A stretch of 64,000 nucleotides of DNA from an uncultured virus (IMG/VR IMGVR_UViG_3300042484_001031) (taxonomy: Duplodnaviria; Heunggongvirae; Uroviricota; Caudoviricetes): IMG/VR virus record IMGVR_UViG_3300042484_001031, positions 62,001 through 126,000 of that record; one strand, written 5' to 3'. The stretch's first letter is position 1; the number at the start of each line of letters is the position of its first letter. The position numbers were made by a program, and so were the translations under genes. This document shows, one piece after another, positions 62,601 through 64,000 of the stretch. The notes beneath the pieces are model-generated. The model ran no database searches. It had not been told where the DNA came from and worked only from the letters and a program-made list of their open reading frames with translations.

Positions 62601-64000
62601 CAGGTAGTGGCTTGGGCGGAACTACTGGATTCTACACAAATCTACCAGTATTTTTTGTAGGTACTGTATTTGGTGGTGTCATTGAAAATGAGAGATATTA
62701 TGTTACTACTGTAATAGACGATGAAACATTTACTATGTCTACAACAGAAGATCCTGTAATGGTTAGTGTTACAAATACTACAGCTAGTACGGATTATATT
62801 ACGTGTGATGATGCAACTGGTTTATCATTCAATGACCCTATTATATTTAATAGCATGAGTGTTAGTGGATCTGCTGTATCAACATTTGGTAATATAGCAG
62901 ACGGGACCATTTATTATGTAAGTGCTATAATTAATGATACTAATTTTCAAATATCTACTGTACCAAATGGTGGAACATTTGGCCTAGCTGATCAGGCTGC
63001 GGGTACAGGTACAGGATGTACAGGTACAAATCAAAAAGATATAGTACAATTAACAACTGCTACTGGATCAATGACATGCAATGTTGGATTACCGGTTAGC
63101 CCGGGACAAGTTACTGGCCAAGAATTTACATTCTATCCAACATCAGCAACTACTGTATCTTCTCCTGCATTCACTCAAGGAAATTTAATTACCAGAACTA
63201 TTAAGAATGCATTAGCTGACGGAGATTATCTATCACTAGAATCTGAAACCGGTGGTACAACTAACATGTATGTAAATATGCCAGTTAGAGTAGCCGCATC
63301 ATACGGTGGATTAAGTACTGGAACAACTTATTATGTTGTAAATATAGGAACAGTAACTACTGAAGTAATTCAAACTACATCAGCAAATGTATTAATTTCT
63401 ACTGGCACCGCTGGATTTTACGTTGATATGCCTATAACCTTTACAGGGTCTACATTGGGCGGAACTATTGAAAACACATTATATTTTGTCAAAACTGTAA
63501 ATGTTAATGGAACTGATTTTACTATCACAGACTCACAGGGTGGCGCAACACTTGCCTTGAGTAACGATACAGGATCAATGACAGTAACCGGTGCACCTTA
63601 CATCAAGGTATCAGCAACTTTGGGAGGTGGTGTCCTTGCATTATCAAATGCATCAACAAGCACAACCTTAACACAATATCCAACATCAAGTCCGTCATTT
63701 GATGTAAGTTGGATATTAGGTGGGTATAGTGTTGACATTACTGGCGCAGGTGCCGGATATGCAATTAACAATACCTTTACTGTATTAGGAACAGCATTGG
63801 GTGGCACAACTCCTACAAATAATTTAGTAATGACAGTTAATACTATTGGAACTAATGGACAAGTAACATCATTAATTAATTCAGGTACTCCTCCTGAAAT
63901 TGTTGAACAATATTACTTAAAAGTAATATCAACAACAGAGTGCGAGGTATATAGTGATTCACAATTACAAATACCAGTAACTGGAATAAACTTCCCGTTC
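50606..64000 (+). CDS. Giant virion/baseplate protein (gp7 position), >4465 aa, truncated by the window end; absent from ORF track
   Basis: ATG at 50606 (MATRIRTLNFLPEIFKT...). The same frame reads sensibly at every spot checked (57.4, 58.1, 62.6, 63.4 kb) and at the end (...QLQIPVTGINFPF). The track lists no plus-strand ORF here, consistent with no stop in the window. Confidence 0.85.
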   Translation, partial: MATRIRTLNFLPEIFKTTTNSQFLNATLDQIVDQPNTKRIQGYIGSRFGYGVNAKNYYVTEPTKTRTDYQLDPGVVFLKKDTSTAQDFISYPGIIDGLKLEGALTGDNNRLFTSEFYSWDSFTDLDKIINFNQYYWIPEGPEAVTVSTETVYNATDYIITSTPNGYLVTATGQSQGSTNPSLTLLRGGTYTFNVNQASEFWIQGMPGITGYDPNQPNVQTRDVLGVDNNGAEVGIVTFTVPFKTAQDEYELPGNNRVDLVTTLLYANVDGVLLSSLTNGIDGITSIDGLTLMFYNNENETTFYTITYTGDITDPTITLVAGTTIPVEENITANFGTEYIGRTFYRTTGSVITLIPYLSAILDTLYYQDGTSSNKVGQIRLISSNTTNRIDVLTDIIGQANYTSPNGVVFTNGLKVILSGEIYPVSYENIRFYVEGVGTAIELIPVTDFVAPEPFTQGTYIPFDTTPYDIGNFDVNLYIPVLQDYITIARNSIDKNPWSRSNRWFHIDVINATATYTNNPELATLYATPDNKANRPIIEFYPNLRLFDAGVVGKPPIDFIDFRTTDAFNDVTGVAGQESYYPDVEVYTAYTGSIVGTTGTSTTISILSSAVTGAFQVGQYINDSTNVLPRNSQITAITGTTTLTLTVSWVGSQTIVSTSNESSFIANDIQNDSYSVFDGARIVFAADTTLNVRNKIYVVRFSTLVFGDTPVITLTEAEDGLVLTDEQTFAFRGYNYQGMDFHFDGTNWQESQQKTTVNQPPLFDILDNNGISFGDRDIYVGTSFAGNKLFAYGIGSGIDDPVLGFPLTYSSIDNIGDISFDVSLNSESFNYVSGTVPITQKVNTGYVYNYSDLTTSTRQLGWQTAVGPSVQYQIFEFDYFAANPTTTYTCDIAKLANTDSPWPTIQLFVNNKIQYSSDYTVETTATQTIVTFSVPNPEIDTVVEILLLSDQVSETAYYSIPINLNNNPLNEDIVSVNVGDIRGQYQSSFYNNPNTTGNVFGANNYRDLGNMVPYGNRIIQNSASLVLPGAFLRKQNQNLFNALMYNGREYITFKTLLVDTINTTDFTERLSPATMLDNALDVITSAKTDSNSFFWSDMLPSKAAYITNTYSFANALDVSIYPLSKIYNFATANYNGVLVYLTNTLGIITQLINGVDYTISSDSPSLTVTLDLAPGDQITIKEYNQTYGSYIPNTPTKLGLYPSTIPTVILDTAYYQPTYFIVGHDGSYNKLYGDYIDGVLIDFRDQVLLEFEKRIYNNLKLSNVIPIQEYEVLPGFFRDTDYSYDEILQIYSTSFLDWVGQNRINYKTQFYSANNEFTYNYNQSGNKINREVIPQGYWRGVYEYFYDTSTPDTSPWEMLGFTDQPTWWETRYGPSPYTSDNLVLWNDLAQGIDWNNGNPVVIPQAIRPELLQVLPVDSEGNIVSPFVSIVGNYSNTSFNRDWIVGDVGPAEFSYRRSSSWPFDLMRILALTKPAEFFNLGVDIDNYKFNEEFNQYLVNDRSHLVISDVEIYGNGTAKTSYINWIVDFEKQVGIDATTNITDLLYNVDVRLVYRLAGFSDKNLLRFYVEKSTANSNNSSLLIPDESYQVLLYDNQPFDKIVYSGVVVQLTNTGYKVYGNSQTNAYFKILAPKINGNYERVSVQGLSVQLARDYYTTPEVVAYGTEFITVQQVSQFLEGYGRYLASQGVLFDQIESGLTVSWRQMVAEYLYWAQSGWEVGSIVNINPASNLISINKDSYIVQPLTLQRQNFILNQNLYPIQSTDLSVIRDGTLFTAQPLNQGDTVAYGQFNISNFEHGIVFDNVTVFDDVIYNLITGLRQNRITLRGAKTAEWNGTIDAQGFVLNQDNVLDWDKTVKYTTGSIVKYKNKYWIALTIIQPKELFEEREWKETDYNEIQKGLLPNTSTRSYESTIYYDVNRANLENDADLLSFSLIGYRPRDYLALVDLTDITQINVYKNFIKNKGTLNAASAFKGANLPQGGINYDIYENWAIKSGEFGGVLNSNFIDFKLNQNLLTGNPSIVGLTNGITTAGVQQEVPLYSLYNYGRPVTSTDVLPLLPTDTPSTLFPYAGYANFNDMRIAAYYYFNLANSTSPRGVLTPLSELYVGQYVWIADYQGTWQVMTPASLGAVVFAKNNLNGTATITFNNPHGLTKYQPFAIVNFNDSLNGYYIVNTVIDLNSVLVNVTLAPSITIVTGQGIGFRFQSQRVDNPSDIIDLPLLNTEFVKNKVWVDTNNDGDWAVYRKSINYTYDSELVKDGSESFGSAVAYTDTLGYLIGDADAGVTYRYSFNVLFDRYDLKQTLTGVASFGTTITYANDIFVVSQPTGTPEVYVYQLVVNTTVDELQSLQSAISAPGGVTEWGRAIAISGDTNWLYISAVTSSTSLVYVYRYSTVTEEYEQSATIDLGLTNADNFGYSLSTDYYGDTVIIGTPDQNYDGSTENWGYTYVYDRTVQNFEAQYTSITYVPQPFTLAWTPSTTSITVTASDATLDRFTCASSSSLVIGDPITFTGTVFGGIALNTVYYVLAKPSGTTFTISTTRGGSTLQLNNGSGSMTATQQDTPLYVSVNGTLIDDSTYFNIGSTITIVQGLNAGDIITVSSNNFVLAQTLTTENTPRIGVQFGTSVDTNTYATEILVGAPFELNSQNQEGVVYRYTNGGGKYGMIIGTTATNITTTRTILVNGYMVVLTAGNATVVATAINQANITNLQATAVDGKLIISLLDNALASPNDKLNVTVLDTATWSELGFSTYTQTQVITDPHVQGTTQFGNVVKFNEFNSFVVSAPTATRYQATTFDSTDDEDYDNDTLFDNNTTQWIDTYANAGAVYMFDYLSVYNESLINCGNFVYAQSTNDINEIYGSQPMYGHAVEFNASRVVIGTPNFKPDTVAGQIITYFNSIGAPDWSVYRSSSPIVDINRIQNIQLYSAITNDTLDNLDYIDPLQGKILGSVRENIDVVSNVDPAGYNSPNNTQGSMVWGSSQVGQIWFNTSTTRFVNYHQNDIVYNSKWWGQIFPGSDVTVYSWITSNTLPISYAGPGTPYNVDTYSIEYTLNATGVLTPVYFYWVRNTNIIFTLRGKTLADSIIQSYIASPINSGISYFVPLEQDIFALYNCANNINANDTVLHIGYSTGTNDDVSHSLYNLIRTNYADDFLPGLPTTNGADVPESLYDRMLDSLCGVDESGAVVPDPFLPKPVQYGIYARPRQSFFVDRLLALKNYLTYANEILSQYPISETRRSLFLFTEGATNPSTVDNPNWSGSVLPFYATPDYWYYINWWATGYDDNTKSALQVPIYADLATINATAGLIVTVAANGDGKSETYVYTNLNTWDRIGLQDGTIEFSSNLWDYATARLGFGDNFFDTTPYDTYPSQETRSIVRALNEEIYTNELLIFRNKSLILLFEFIQSETIESQNYLPWLNKTSFMDVGHTIRELLPLEVFQSDNQDFLAGYINEVKPYHVVIKEFLFKYTGSDLYAGTITDFDLPAQYNTDIQQFITPELVYSNPSGANQYLPSDPIWETAPYSEWFNNYGLGITGVDDYQITVLASYVSLNSPAMAVDNAYGFPINGTILIGDELIGYSNVNRSNNTLSGLTRGVNGTPVTVHIPGEIITINLPAILVLNGGRGYAEPPRVVAYIDTTIYPEPRRVAVLQVVMNLDSILRVDVIDPGDGYAVLPEIIIDPSVSVTFTSDDVNLLSNTISLPSPLLQTGDLITYTIGTSTTPVGGLDVDQYYYVNVLESTPTFVVALYTTYRDAINDSDRVILFDTGLGVNNVLNVSARASCVSTSLPIRENQITLRFDRTTYNSELTDWVGGAFYGSFYAGLYNNSERIASSSIGLQSTQPDIDTILASAAGAVFEIEDVTNVEVIIWSSRTRIVSAINTSTDVITITASDGGASLINSDSITNPTIGFYIGMPIKFIGAVTGNITVETTYYIKSLVDGNKFTLSASISSGVPGAVLSMAGTILGSAGLTGYVGEVTNTAVVTIFYPGILTATATSSITNGISVPLTGSGLGGTTGFYTNLPVFFVGTVFGGVIENERYYVTTVIDDETFTMSTTEDPVMVSVTNTTASTDYITCDDATGLSFNDPIIFNSMSVSGSAVSTFGNIADGTIYYVSAIINDTNFQISTVPNGGTFGLADQAAGTGTGCTGTNQKDIVQLTTATGSMTCNVGLPVSPGQVTGQEFTFYPTSATTVSSPAFTQGNLITRTIKNALADGDYLSLESETGGTTNMYVNMPVRVAASYGGLSTGTTYYVVNIGTVTTEVIQTTSANVLISTGTAGFYVDMPITFTGSTLGGTIENTLYFVKTVNVNGTDFTITDSQGGATLALSNDTGSMTVTGAPYIKVSATLGGGVLALSNASTSTTLTQYPTSSPSFDVSWILGGYSVDITGAGAGYAINNTFTVLGTALGGTTPTNNLVMTVNTIGTNGQVTSLINSGTPPEIVEQYYLKVISTTECEVYSDSQLQIPVTGINFPF

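Noticed and set aside
50606..64000. Apparent 13-kb gene desert or stop-codon recoding
   Set aside because: One standard-code frame is open to the window edge, and all other genes are full length in the standard code.

Overview
AT-rich dsDNA phage DNA of the T4-like (contractile-tail) supergroup, covering most of a virion-morphogenesis region. Left to right: (1) 1-17.5 kb, six large Gly/Asn/Thr-rich fibre-like genes on the minus strand, built from shared modules; (2) 17.6-21.9 kb, a degenerate HNH/Zn protein, a Gly-rich protein and three tandem six-repeat Kelch-like propeller paralogs, plus a deletion scar; (3) 22-29.4 kb, a membrane-type protein, an HNH homing endonuclease and the head module (gp23, gp22, gp21, acidic core protein, gp20); (4) a tape-measure-like protein with an M15 peptidase domain, divergent from a gp26/gp51-like pair joined by a -1 slippery site; (5) a ~500 bp non-coding, hairpin-dense interval (candidate structured ncRNA); (6) resolvase, gp46, gp47 and gp55; (7) 38.6-64 kb, baseplate genes (gp48/54-like, gp53, hub, gp5, gp25, gp6) and a >4,465-codon gene that runs off the window and is missing from the ORF track. 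A TAAATA late-promoter motif precedes most structural genes. All product calls come from motif recognition and gene order; no database searches were run.
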